Positions 41,401 through 50,122 of a DNA stretch of 64,000 nucleotides are shown here, one piece after another; the stretch's first letter is position 1; each line of letters opens with the position of its first letter. A program made the position numbers and the translations under genes. The stretch comes from Nitrospinota bacterium (GTDB taxonomy: Bacteria; UBA8248), in contig JAZAHK010000006.1 in assembly GCA_036231405.1 (NCBI GenBank), positions 30,628 through 94,627 of the forward strand, written 5' to 3'. The notes beneath the pieces are model-generated. The model was not told the DNA's origin. It was given only the letters and a program-made list of their open reading frames with translations, and ran no database searches.

Positions 41401-42621
41401 TTAACGATCAATTTCCCCTAAAACAATATCAATACTACCTATTGCAGCAACTACATCTCCAATTAAACATTCAGAAGTAATTTCGGATAGAGAATGTAGA
41501 TTTGCAAAACTAGGAGCTCTTACCTTTACTTTATAAGGCTTCGTTCCTCCATCACTAACAATAAAATATCCAAGCTCACCACGAGGAGACTCAATAACTT
41601 GGTATACCTCCCCAGCGGGTACATCATAGCCCTCTGTGAAAATTTTAAAATGATGAATCAATGCCTCCATATCATGAGATAATTGCTCCTTAGGGGCTGG
41701 AACAACTTTTGGAGCATCAGACATTAAAGGACCTTCTGGCATACCATTTAACGCCTGAGTAGCGATTTTTTGTGATTCACGCATCTCTGAAATACGAACA
41801 GAATACCGATCAAATATATCTCCATTTTTTCGAACTGGAATATCAAAATCAAATTCTTCGTAACAAGAATATGGTTCGTTTTTTCTTATATCATAAGAAA
41901 CCCCACATGCCCTTAGGATAGGGCCAGTAATTCCTAAGGCAAATGCATTTTCTTTCGTAATCGGACAAGCTCCTTCAGTGCGCCTTCGAAAAATAGGATT
42001 GTCTGTGAGTAGTTCTTCATAATCATTTACTTTATTAGGAAAGTCTTTCAAAAAAACTTCACAATCAGAATAAAATTCAGGATAAGGCTCTCTAGCAACA
42101 CCACCCACCCTAAAATAACTTGTCATCATACGAACACCAGAAACTTTCTCAAAAATCTTCAGAAGTTTTTCCCTTTCTCGAAAACAGTAAAGAAAAACTG
42201 TCATTGCCCCTAAGTCAAGCGCATGTGTGCCAAGCCATACAAGGTGACTATTCAAACGGGTAAGTTCGACTAGCAAAACGCGTAAATAGGAACATCTCCT
42301 GGTAGCCTCGATACCAAGAAGTTTCTCAACTGCAAGGACATATCCTAAATTATTTGATAACGGGGCAAGATAATCCATCCTGTCAGTCATCGGCAATGCT
42401 TTATTGAAAGTTTTGACTTCCATGTTCTTTTCGATACCTGTATGAAGATATCCAATGACAGGGTTGCAGGATTTAACAGTCTCTCCTTCTAATTCTAAAG
42501 ACACTCTCAAAACACCGTGAGTTGAGGGATGTTGCGGACCCATATTCAAAGTCATCCTCTCGGTACCAATTGGACCTAGAGTTTCCTCATCAAAATTTTC
42601 TTCTTCTATTCCTGTCGACAT
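41401..42621 (-). CDS. nuoD: Complex I subunit D (copy 1)
   Basis: [23 protein letters not shown] and DIVLGEIDR. Confidence 0.96.
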   Translation of the reverse strand: MSTGIEEENFDEETLGPIGTERMTLNMGPQHPSTHGVLRVSLELEGETVKSCNPVIGYLHTGIEKNMEVKTFNKALPMTDRMDYLAPLSNNLGYVLAVEKLLGIEATRRCSYLRVLLVELTRLNSHLVWLGTHALDLGAMTVFLYCFREREKLLKIFEKVSGVRMMTSYFRVGGVAREPYPEFYSDCEVFLKDFPNKVNDYEELLTDNPIFRRRTEGACPITKENAFALGITGPILRACGVSYDIRKNEPYSCYEEFDFDIPVRKNGDIFDRYSVRISEMRESQKIATQALNGMPEGPLMSDAPKVVPAPKEQLSHDMEALIHHFKIFTEGYDVPAGEVYQVIESPRGELGYFIVSDGGTKPYKVKVRAPSFANLHSLSEITSECLIGDVVAAIGSIDIVLGEIDR

Positions 42622-42650
42622 ATTAATTTTACACCTTATAACTAAAATTT

Positions 42651-43211
42651 TTATTTTTTGGCCGAAGGCTTCCCTTCAAGAGTAGGACGGAAGCTGAATT
42701 CCACAGTTTCAGACGACACATCAAAATCTTTACGATGAGGGAAACCTTCAAATCCATCCGGGGTAAAAATTCTTTTTAAATTTGGATGTCCTTCGAAATG
42801 AATACCGACCAAATCAAATGCCTCTGATTCATGATAATTCGCACCAGACCAAACGGAACAAACGCTTGGTAATCTAGGCATTAAGTCATTTTCACAGACA
42901 ACTTCTAAACGAATACGTTTGGCTCTTTCAAAATCGAGAAGTGAATAAACAACCTTAAACCTATATTCTAAATTCAATTCCAAGCAATCCACACCCGCCA
43001 GAAAACTAAGTTGCTTAAAGTTTCTCTCTTCTAACAAAAAAGTAGCAACATTGAGAAGGTCAGAGGGAGGAATCTGAACAGAAATTTGATCTAAATATCC
43101 AAAAAAAAGAAGATTTGAACCCTTAAACTTTTTTTTTATAGCAATAACATCTTCATCCTGGTCTAAAATATTATTGTCACTCAAAGCTTCGTCTTCAATC
43201 TGACTATGCAT
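42651..43211 (-). CDS. nuoC: Complex I subunit C (copy 1)
   Basis: ANYHESEAFDLVGIHFEGHPNLKRI…HRKDF. Confidence 0.92.
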   Translation of the reverse strand: MHSQIEDEALSDNNILDQDEDVIAIKKKFKGSNLLFFGYLDQISVQIPPSDLLNVATFLLEERNFKQLSFLAGVDCLELNLEYRFKVVYSLLDFERAKRIRLEVVCENDLMPRLPSVCSVWSGANYHESEAFDLVGIHFEGHPNLKRIFTPDGFEGFPHRKDFDVSSETVEFSFRPTLEGKPSAKK

Positions 43212-43253
43212 CTTTTACCCTTTGCATCTTTCACCTATCCTATATAATGGAAA

Positions 43254-43742
43254 TCAACTGAGGACTTTATTTTTAGCGAGACCTTCAATCTCAATTTTCT
43301 TTTGTAGTTTCAAAATCCCATCTATGAGGGTCTCAGGTCTAGGGGGACAACCAGGAACATAAATATCAACGGGGACCACTTCATCTACCCCTTGAACAAG
43401 AGCATAATTATTGAAAACTCCTCCCGTAGAAGCACAGGCTCCCATCGAAATTACCCATTTTGGCTCTGGCATTTGATCATAAATCTGCCTTAAAACTGGG
43501 GCCATTTTTTTTGACACCCTCCCTGCCACAATCATCAAATCTGCTTGTCTAGGAGAAGCACGAAAAACCTCTGCACCAAAACGAGAAATGTCATATTTTG
43601 AAGCAGAAGTGGACATCATCTCTATCGCACAACACGCAAGACCAAACAGTGCAGGCCATAGGCTATTCTTTCTCGCCCATTTTATCGCATCAGAAATCTT
43701 CCCAAGAACCACACTACCTTCAAGATTTTCTTCTAATCCCAA
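43254..43742 (-). CDS. nuoB: Complex I subunit B (copy 1)
   Basis: [10 protein letters not shown] and PGCPPRPE; TTG 43742 overlaps the end of nuoA as in copy 2. Confidence 0.96.
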   Translation of the reverse strand: MGLEENLEGSVVLGKISDAIKWARKNSLWPALFGLACCAIEMMSTSASKYDISRFGAEVFRASPRQADLMIVAGRVSKKMAPVLRQIYDQMPEPKWVISMGACASTGGVFNNYALVQGVDEVVPVDIYVPGCPPRPETLIDGILKLQKKIEIEGLAKNKVLS

Positions 43743-44089
43743 TCTAAAGCCCCTCTTTTCCACTCATAAATTAAACTTGCAAAAAGTAAAAAAATAAAAG
43801 GTAAGACCGCCATAAATCCAAAAACGCCAAGACTCCTTAAATTAACAGCCCATTGATATAAAAATATTATTTCAACATCAAAAACAATAAAAAGAATTGC
43901 AACCAAAAAGAACTTAATTGAAAAACGACCTCGTGCACTCGTTTCAGGGATAATCCCACATTCGTAAGCTACACTTTTTTGGAGAGAAGGAGTTCTTCTG
44001 CCAAACAAAAAAGTTATGCAAATATTCAGAATGGCAAAACAAGTCGCCAGTCCAATCATCATGAAGATAGGAAGAAAACCTTGTGACAA
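43733..44089 (-). CDS. nuoA: Complex I subunit A (copy 1)
   Basis: YECG, FDVE and KRGALDW. Confidence 0.94.
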   Translation of the reverse strand: MSQGFLPIFMMIGLATCFAILNICITFLFGRRTPSLQKSVAYECGIIPETSARGRFSIKFFLVAILFIVFDVEIIFLYQWAVNLRSLGVFGFMAVLPFIFLLFASLIYEWKRGALDWD

Positions 44090-44145
44090 TCTAAACCCCT
44101 ATAAAATTAAAACATAAAAAAACAAAACCTTTAAAGCTAAAGAGC

Positions 44146-44175
44146 ATATTAGGTAGGGTGTGGGGCAAGTGTCAA
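44146..44175 (-). promoter_or_regulatory. Putative sigma70 promoter of the nuo locus
   Basis: TTGACA-18 bp-TAATAT upstream of nuoA-1. Confidence 0.55.
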
Positions 44176-44187
44176 CATTTACTCCAA

Positions 44188-45057
44188 TTAACCTAACAGA
44201 ATCAAAACAACAAGTCCTGAAATAATTATCGAGCCGCCAACAAAAACTTCCCAAAAACGTTCTTTCTCTTTAAAAAAAATATATCCAATGAATATAGCAA
44301 GTAAAACTTCCGTCTGCCTGACCGATTCTACATAAGACGCAAAAGTCATTTGATATGCCTCTGCAAGAATCAAACTGTTAAGAGCAGCAAAAAAACCTAA
44401 GGCAAAAAAAGCTTTCCAAACAGAAGGAATTTTTGAAAAATTCGAAGTTGATTTATAAAACGAAATAGGCAACATAAAAATGAATGCGGCCACATAAGTA
44501 CCAAATGTCCCCATAGGACCACTAGACGAAATTGCAGCCCATTTGAAAGTAAGTGCCGAAGGGGCAAACATTATTGATGAAATCAAAGCATATCTCATCC
44601 CTTTATCTCTAAAAAGAATTCTTAACGGTTCCCAAAATGATATTTTAGATCTAGACACGTTAAGAAAATAAACTCCGAGAAGAGTAATCAGTATGCCAAT
44701 AACGCCAAAAAAAGTAGGGGATTCATCAGAGGTAAAATACTCTAGTAACATCAACCATACAATTGAAATCTTCCATAGAGCTGTTACTGCACCAATTTTC
44801 CCATATAGTAATGCTTTAGAAAGGGCAAGAGTGGCGATAGTCTGAGAAACTGCAAAAATGCTACAAGCAATATAAAAATCAGGATGAATTTCAGGAATGC
44901 CCGTTAAATAGAGAACTATTCCTGCAAATGGCAATGTCATAAAAAATCGCCCTAAGACATTAATATACTCATCCAGGCTATGTCCAATCGATTTCATAGA
45001 CACATTTCTTAAAACTTGAGCCATTGCTGCGATAAGGGATAAAGCGATCCAGTCCAA
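44188..45057 (-). CDS. DMT/EamA family transporter
   Basis: About 10 TM segments in two repeats and a FFKEK motif near the C-terminus; TTG behind AGGAGG. Confidence 0.8.
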   Translation of the reverse strand: MDWIALSLIAAMAQVLRNVSMKSIGHSLDEYINVLGRFFMTLPFAGIVLYLTGIPEIHPDFYIACSIFAVSQTIATLALSKALLYGKIGAVTALWKISIVWLMLLEYFTSDESPTFFGVIGILITLLGVYFLNVSRSKISFWEPLRILFRDKGMRYALISSIMFAPSALTFKWAAISSSGPMGTFGTYVAAFIFMLPISFYKSTSNFSKIPSVWKAFFALGFFAALNSLILAEAYQMTFASYVESVRQTEVLLAIFIGYIFFKEKERFWEVFVGGSIIISGLVVLILLG

Positions 45058-45164
45058 AAAACCTCCTATACAAAAAAATATCTAGAGAGAAAACTTCGAG
45101 ATTATACCTTGGATTTAAAGAAAGTGTTTCTTCTTTCCTTAAAAAATTAACTAACATGTCTCAT

Positions 45165-45218
45165 TTGAGATCAAACACACTACGTTATACAATCTCAAAC
45201 TCACTACATTATATAATC
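45165..45218 (+). promoter_or_regulatory. sigma70 promoter overlapped by a 24-bp tandem direct repeat
   Basis: TTGAGA-17 bp-TACAAT; repeat units 45171-45194 and 45195-45218 are 21/24 identical. Confidence 0.65.
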
Positions 45219-45245
45219 AATTATACGGGAGCTTGAAGGTAAATA

Positions 45246-46265
45246 ATGATAGAAAAAGACGTATTCATTTTCGACAACGTTATTCATATGTACGACTATT
45301 CTGACGAAAATTTAAAAACCAAAGAGAGCGATTTCGACAGACAATATCACCTGAATAAAGTTCTCGGCCGAAGACAAAAATCAGAGAACGATATTTACGC
45401 TTCTTGGGATCCTGTGAAGGGCTTTGCAAGGAAATGGACTTCGAGCGATCTTGGGAAACTGCTTTTTGATGACTCAGGGACAGATATGGCAATGGCACAG
45501 GCAGTACCATTGTTTGATCTTTATAAAGATGGCTTTGCTCCAGTAAAAGCACAATATGAGTTTTCAAAAGCCTTTCCAGACAGAGTACTATTTTGCGGTG
45601 CCGTAGATCCCATGTATCCAAGTTTAGAGGGTGCACTTGAAGAAATGGAAAAACAAGTAAAAGAAATGGGAGCAAAATCTATAAAAATTTACAACGCACA
45701 TATAGACGGTAAATCTTGGGCATGTGATGACCCAGAAATTGCTTATCCCTTGTATGAGAAAGGCAGAGAACTTGGCATGAAAATTTTTCAGTTTCATAAG
45801 GGTAATCCAATTACCAGAGCTAGTTTAAGAGATCTCTCCCCACTGGATATCGAGAGAGCCGCTATGGATTTTCCAGATGTTTTTTTCGGAATACATCATT
45901 TAGCTGTCCCGTATTTTGAGGAAACAGTTTGGATTGCTTCTAGGTATCCGAATGTCTTTTTAGTTCTTTCCGGAATAGGACATACTCCTATGGTTGCACC
46001 AAGAACTTTTAAAGAGTGGGTCGGAAGATTACTCAGAGATGTTGGCTCTGATCGAATTTTATGGGGATCAGAAGCACCGCTCCTTGGAAATCCGAAACCT
46101 ATATTAGAATGGATATGGAATATGGAAATTGATGAACAATTACAAGAGGATTATGGCTATCCAGAAATCACAGAATCAGACAAGAGAAAGATTTTGGCCG
46201 AGAATCAGGCAAGATTATTTAATATTGATATAGAAGCAAAAAAGAAAGAGTTGTGTAGCAATTAA
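45246..46265 (+). CDS. Amidohydrolase-2 family metal-dependent hydrolase
   Basis: DNVIH, KIYN, FHKG, AAMDFPD, ILWGSE and KILAENQARL. Confidence 0.82.
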   Translation: MIEKDVFIFDNVIHMYDYSDENLKTKESDFDRQYHLNKVLGRRQKSENDIYASWDPVKGFARKWTSSDLGKLLFDDSGTDMAMAQAVPLFDLYKDGFAPVKAQYEFSKAFPDRVLFCGAVDPMYPSLEGALEEMEKQVKEMGAKSIKIYNAHIDGKSWACDDPEIAYPLYEKGRELGMKIFQFHKGNPITRASLRDLSPLDIERAAMDFPDVFFGIHHLAVPYFEETVWIASRYPNVFLVLSGIGHTPMVAPRTFKEWVGRLLRDVGSDRILWGSEAPLLGNPKPILEWIWNMEIDEQLQEDYGYPEITESDKRKILAENQARLFNIDIEAKKKELCSN

Positions 46266-46283
46266 ATTGGAGAGTTTCTTCTT

Positions 46284-46592
46284 ATGATAGAAGAAAAATT
46301 AGAAAAAGAGATTCAAGATCTTATCGAAACACAAATCAAACCTCTTCTCAAAATACATGGGGGGGGTATCCGCTTTATAAAAATCACAGATACTGGAACT
46401 GTTCAACTTGCATTTGAGGGCGCGTGCCTTGGATGTCCTTTAAAAAGTGTTACTTACGCACTTGGAGTGAGGCAAAGATTATTACAACATCCCGAAATTC
46501 ATGAAGTAGAAATTGAAGGAGTACGTTTATCAAAAGCCGCATTAAACAGAGTAGAACAAACTTTTTCTGGTTACACCTTTTGGGAAAACTGA
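46284..46592 (+). CDS. NifU C-terminal / Nfu-type Fe-S carrier-like protein
   Basis: IKPLLKIHGGGI…FEGACLGCP (CxxC). Confidence 0.82.
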   Translation: MIEEKLEKEIQDLIETQIKPLLKIHGGGIRFIKITDTGTVQLAFEGACLGCPLKSVTYALGVRQRLLQHPEIHEVEIEGVRLSKAALNRVEQTFSGYTFWEN

Positions 46593-46615
46593 AGAGGTCC
46601 TTTAGGGAAACATAA

Positions 46616-47875
46616 TTGAACCTAAACGCAGAAAATCAACAAAGCAAAATTTGGTACGGATGGATCGTACTATCGGTAGTATATCTTGTAATGCTCTCTC
46701 TTATAGGAACACGTTCAAGTTTTGGTTTTTTCTTTAAACAAATTTCAAACGAATTTTCATGGTCACGAGCTGAAACTGCAGGTGCATTTTCTATTGGAAT
46801 GTTTGCACAATCAGTCTTCTCACTTTTTTCAGGATGGATTTCTGACCGCTTAAGTATTCGTCTAACAATGTCGATAGGAATCGCTATTTTCGGACTTTCT
46901 GTTTTGTTGGGTAGTCAAATAGATAGTCTTGCGTTCTTTTACCTAACTTACTTTCTTATGAATATTGGATTTGCTTCCAGCACTTGGGTAGCACAAGTTC
47001 CTACTCTTTCCAACTGGTTTATTAGTAAAAGGGGACTTGCTTTAGGCATATCTAGTTCCGCACAGGGAACTGCATTTATCTTAAATTTCTTCACTCCAAT
47101 ACTTATTATTTCTCTTGGCTGGAGAATGAGTTATATCTTTTTTGGAGTCCTAATTCTGTTTATTACTCTTCCTTGTGCTGCTATCTTCCATCGTGACAAA
47201 CCAGAACAAAAAAATACGATTGCTGATGAACCTTTCTTGAAAAGTGAAAATCCGTCTTTGGAAAATGAAAAAAAGATTTACAAAAAAATCTCCGATAATC
47301 ATGAGCGTTTTTTTTCATTTCACTTTTTTTTATTTTTAACTTTATTCTTACCTATTGCATACGTTTTTACCGTACTTCTAGTCCACTTTCCTGCACATAT
47401 GACTGACCAAGGAATAACAGAATCTTCCTCTGCAGGAATTTTTGCAATATGGGGTGCATTTCTAATCGTTGGTTACCTAATTAGTTCAATATCAGACTAT
47501 TACGGAAGAACTCCTACCTTTTTAACAGGAAGTTTATTGGGATCAGTTTCTATGTTTCTAATTGGGAAATATGAAAGTTCATTCCCAGTATGGTTCATCT
47601 ACATACTGACTACGCTAATAGGAATCGCACTTGGACTTATGCGTTCAACTGCATCAGCTATTATGGCGGATCATTTTTCTGGAAAAGAGTTCGGGAAAAC
47701 AAATGGCATAGCAATGTGTCTATTTTCTATTTTTGGAGGATTTGGAGCATGGTTCACCGGATTTCTTTATGATTCACATTCTAATTATTTTTTGGGATTT
47801 TCTATCGCTGCAATAACATTGCTGATATCAGGTATTTCTTCAATTTTTCTATCGTTACGAGAGAGCAATCAATAA
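46616..47875 (+). CDS. MFS transporter (OFA/MCT-like)
   Basis: WYGW, FSWSRAET, GWISDR and NWFISKRGLALG; about 12 TM. Confidence 0.87.
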   Translation: MNLNAENQQSKIWYGWIVLSVVYLVMLSLIGTRSSFGFFFKQISNEFSWSRAETAGAFSIGMFAQSVFSLFSGWISDRLSIRLTMSIGIAIFGLSVLLGSQIDSLAFFYLTYFLMNIGFASSTWVAQVPTLSNWFISKRGLALGISSSAQGTAFILNFFTPILIISLGWRMSYIFFGVLILFITLPCAAIFHRDKPEQKNTIADEPFLKSENPSLENEKKIYKKISDNHERFFSFHFFLFLTLFLPIAYVFTVLLVHFPAHMTDQGITESSSAGIFAIWGAFLIVGYLISSISDYYGRTPTFLTGSLLGSVSMFLIGKYESSFPVWFIYILTTLIGIALGLMRSTASAIMADHFSGKEFGKTNGIAMCLFSIFGGFGAWFTGFLYDSHSNYFLGFSIAAITLLISGISSIFLSLRESNQ

Positions 47876-47880
47876 TTTAC

Positions 47881-48639
47881 TTAATCAACAGCGACCTTTT
47901 CATATTCCTCTGGAGTCAATGCATCTGCGACACCTACCATAGAATCACGGGTAACAAGTCTAGTCAAAGATTCTTCACTCAACTGTTCAGTACCAGCAGG
48001 TCGACGAGGTATCACAAGATATCTACAATCAGCATTACTATCAATTACCACTAATTCAACCCCTTCTGGTGGGGTGTATCCAAAATCCAGAAGTGCTCCT
48101 CGGGGATCAGTAACAGCCTTTGAACGATATGGAAAGCTTTTGTACCAAGTAGGAGGCTGTCCAAGCAAAACTCTTGGATAGCAAGAACATAAAGTACAAA
48201 CAACCATGTAGTGGGTACTATCTGTATTCTCGAGCGCTATGAGTTTATTTAGACTACTAGTATCAATTCCTAGTTCTCCACACGCAGAGTGTGCATCTTC
48301 AAGTAAACGTCCTTTAAATTCGGGATCACTCCAAGCCCGCGCAACTACCCTCGCCCCAGTCGTAGGAGTTTCCGAATAAATATCTTCAACTGCACGACGC
48401 ATTTCATCGGTAGTCAAAATACCTTTTTCTTTTAAAACATTCATTATTCCAATAACTCGAACTTGAAAATAATCTAAATCATGTTCGACCGGAACAACTG
48501 TATCCTTCATGTATTCAGAATCTGACTTCATGCGAGCATTATGAGAAGATGGGTCGTGGCTATATGGGCTTTCGTTATCGTGAGGATGGTTATGATGATG
48601 ACTACTACCATGATGATTTTCAATCAATTCATCTGACAT
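47881..48639 (-). CDS. Co-type nitrile hydratase alpha / thiocyanate hydrolase gamma-like subunit with His-rich N-terminus
   Basis: Metal-binding VVCTLCSCYP, GARVVARAW, WYKS and RYLVIPRRPAGTE…VTRDSMVG. Confidence 0.92.
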   Translation of the reverse strand: MSDELIENHHGSSHHHNHPHDNESPYSHDPSSHNARMKSDSEYMKDTVVPVEHDLDYFQVRVIGIMNVLKEKGILTTDEMRRAVEDIYSETPTTGARVVARAWSDPEFKGRLLEDAHSACGELGIDTSSLNKLIALENTDSTHYMVVCTLCSCYPRVLLGQPPTWYKSFPYRSKAVTDPRGALLDFGYTPPEGVELVVIDSNADCRYLVIPRRPAGTEQLSEESLTRLVTRDSMVGVADALTPEEYEKVAVD

Positions 48640-48665
48640 TATTTGAACTCCTTCAAAAATAAAGA

Positions 48666-49007
48666 CTATAAAGGTTCAAGCCAATGTTCATAAATTTCTA
48701 TATTCAACTTGTCTTTTAATTCCTTTGAGTTAAGCGCTTTTTGTTTTCTCATTTCTTGGATTTTTAGTTTATCCTCTTCCTTAGCTACATCCTCATCCCA
48801 TAAGTCATTGAATGTGAACTGCACCCAATATAAATCTTGAAAAGGCTTCCCATCTCCCCCGTAAGCGAGAATTTCAGGATTTTCATAGCTCCCGAAATAA
48901 CGAATAATTTTTCCAGATTTACCTTTAACGTAATCTGTTGTTCTATGGTGTCCTTCAAAATACATGTCCTTAATGCGAACGTCCTCACCAACCTGAAATT
49001 TTGGCAC
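48666..49007 (-). CDS. Stand-alone SH3-like C-terminal half of nitrile hydratase beta (thiocyanate hydrolase ScnA-like)
   Basis: FQVGEDV…GHHRTTDYVKGKSG…NPE…LYWVQF…LW…EIYEHWLEP; GTG 49007 behind GGAGAGG. Confidence 0.85.
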   Translation of the reverse strand: MPKFQVGEDVRIKDMYFEGHHRTTDYVKGKSGKIIRYFGSYENPEILAYGGDGKPFQDLYWVQFTFNDLWDEDVAKEEDKLKIQEMRKQKALNSKELKDKLNIEIYEHWLEPL

Positions 49008-49085
49008 GACCTCTCCATAAATTCTAAACTTCAAACGAGAAAAATGAATACAGTAATCAGAGAGTACAAAAAGACAAATAAGTTT

Positions 49086-50096
49086 TCAAGTCACTTGATA
49101 TAACTTACGCACATTCTCAATTAAAATCTGATTCTGTTGTTTCTCTTCCAGCCTATTTATTCCAGGAATTTCACGACAATTTTCATGATTCGCCATGTCT
49201 GCTGGATAATCGGTACCATACACAACTCTTTCGGAACCCAAAGTTTTTACGGCAAATTCAAATGAGTCAGCATTATGAATTATGGTATCGTAAAAAAATC
49301 TATTTATATATTCTTCCGGGTTCTTAGAACCATGTACTTTTGGTTCCCTTCTTTCTCCATAACCATGTTCCCAACGTCCACGAATCCAGGGGAGAAAACC
49401 ACCTAGATGAGAAAGTAAGAAATTAAGATTTGGGAAACGATCCAAAACCCCTCCAAAAATCAAACATGCAGCAGCTATAGTTGTATCAAGAGGATTTCCA
49501 ATGAAATTGCGTAAATAAAAATCTTTGAGTCTATCTGCCGCACCCATTGTATCAATTGGATGGATAAATATAGTAATACCTAGATCTTGTGCTTTTTGCC
49601 AAAAAACATCTAGATTAGGATCATCCAAATTTTTCCCTGCAACATTCGATGCAATCTGAACACCAAGATGCCCGTTTTTTGTTGCACGTTCTAATTCTAC
49701 TGCTGCTAATTCAGGATCTTGGAGAGGAACTGTTGCCATACAGGAAAAATCAGAAGGGTTATTGTTTGAAATTTCGATTAGTGCATCGTTCATAGATTGA
49801 GCAAGATCATGAGTAATCGACTTGTCTAGAGAATAAAAAGTAAGTGATGGAGAAACAGATAGAATCTGTCGACTAACTCCCATACGCTTCATATCTTTTA
49901 AACGCAAATCAACTTCATAATACATGGGAGTAAGAATATTTCTCAATTCCCTACTTTTCCCAAGGACATTACTCTTCGTAACTATCCATTCCTTCCCAAC
50001 CGCATTTTGAATAGTTACAGTATCTCCAAAAGCTTTGTTTCTAACATCTTCTAAAAAACCTGAAGGAACAATATGCGTGTGCGGATCAATAACCAT
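49086..50096 (-). CDS. Amidohydrolase-2 family, ACMSD-like decarboxylase/hydratase (paralog B)
   Basis: DPHTH, FIHP, SHLGGF, FFYDT and GTDYP; ATG 50096 behind GGAG. Confidence 0.87.
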   Translation of the reverse strand: MVIDPHTHIVPSGFLEDVRNKAFGDTVTIQNAVGKEWIVTKSNVLGKSRELRNILTPMYYEVDLRLKDMKRMGVSRQILSVSPSLTFYSLDKSITHDLAQSMNDALIEISNNNPSDFSCMATVPLQDPELAAVELERATKNGHLGVQIASNVAGKNLDDPNLDVFWQKAQDLGITIFIHPIDTMGAADRLKDFYLRNFIGNPLDTTIAAACLIFGGVLDRFPNLNFLLSHLGGFLPWIRGRWEHGYGERREPKVHGSKNPEEYINRFFYDTIIHNADSFEFAVKTLGSERVVYGTDYPADMANHENCREIPGINRLEEKQQNQILIENVRKLYQVT

Positions 50097-50122
50097 CTTA
50101 AACTCCAAAGTCTAAAAAGAAA

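Noticed and set aside
19767-44089. Duplicated nuo as an assembly artefact, a '2M' complex I, an Mrp antiporter or a group 4 hydrogenase
   Set aside because: The copies are strongly diverged, each has a single nuoM, and both NuoD lack Ni-binding CxxC motifs while keeping the quinone-site His/Tyr motifs.
47881-48639. NHLP (nitrile-hydratase-like leader) RiPP precursor
   Set aside because: It keeps the full CTLCSC metal site, has no Gly-Gly leader/core, and no YcaO or LanM genes are nearby.
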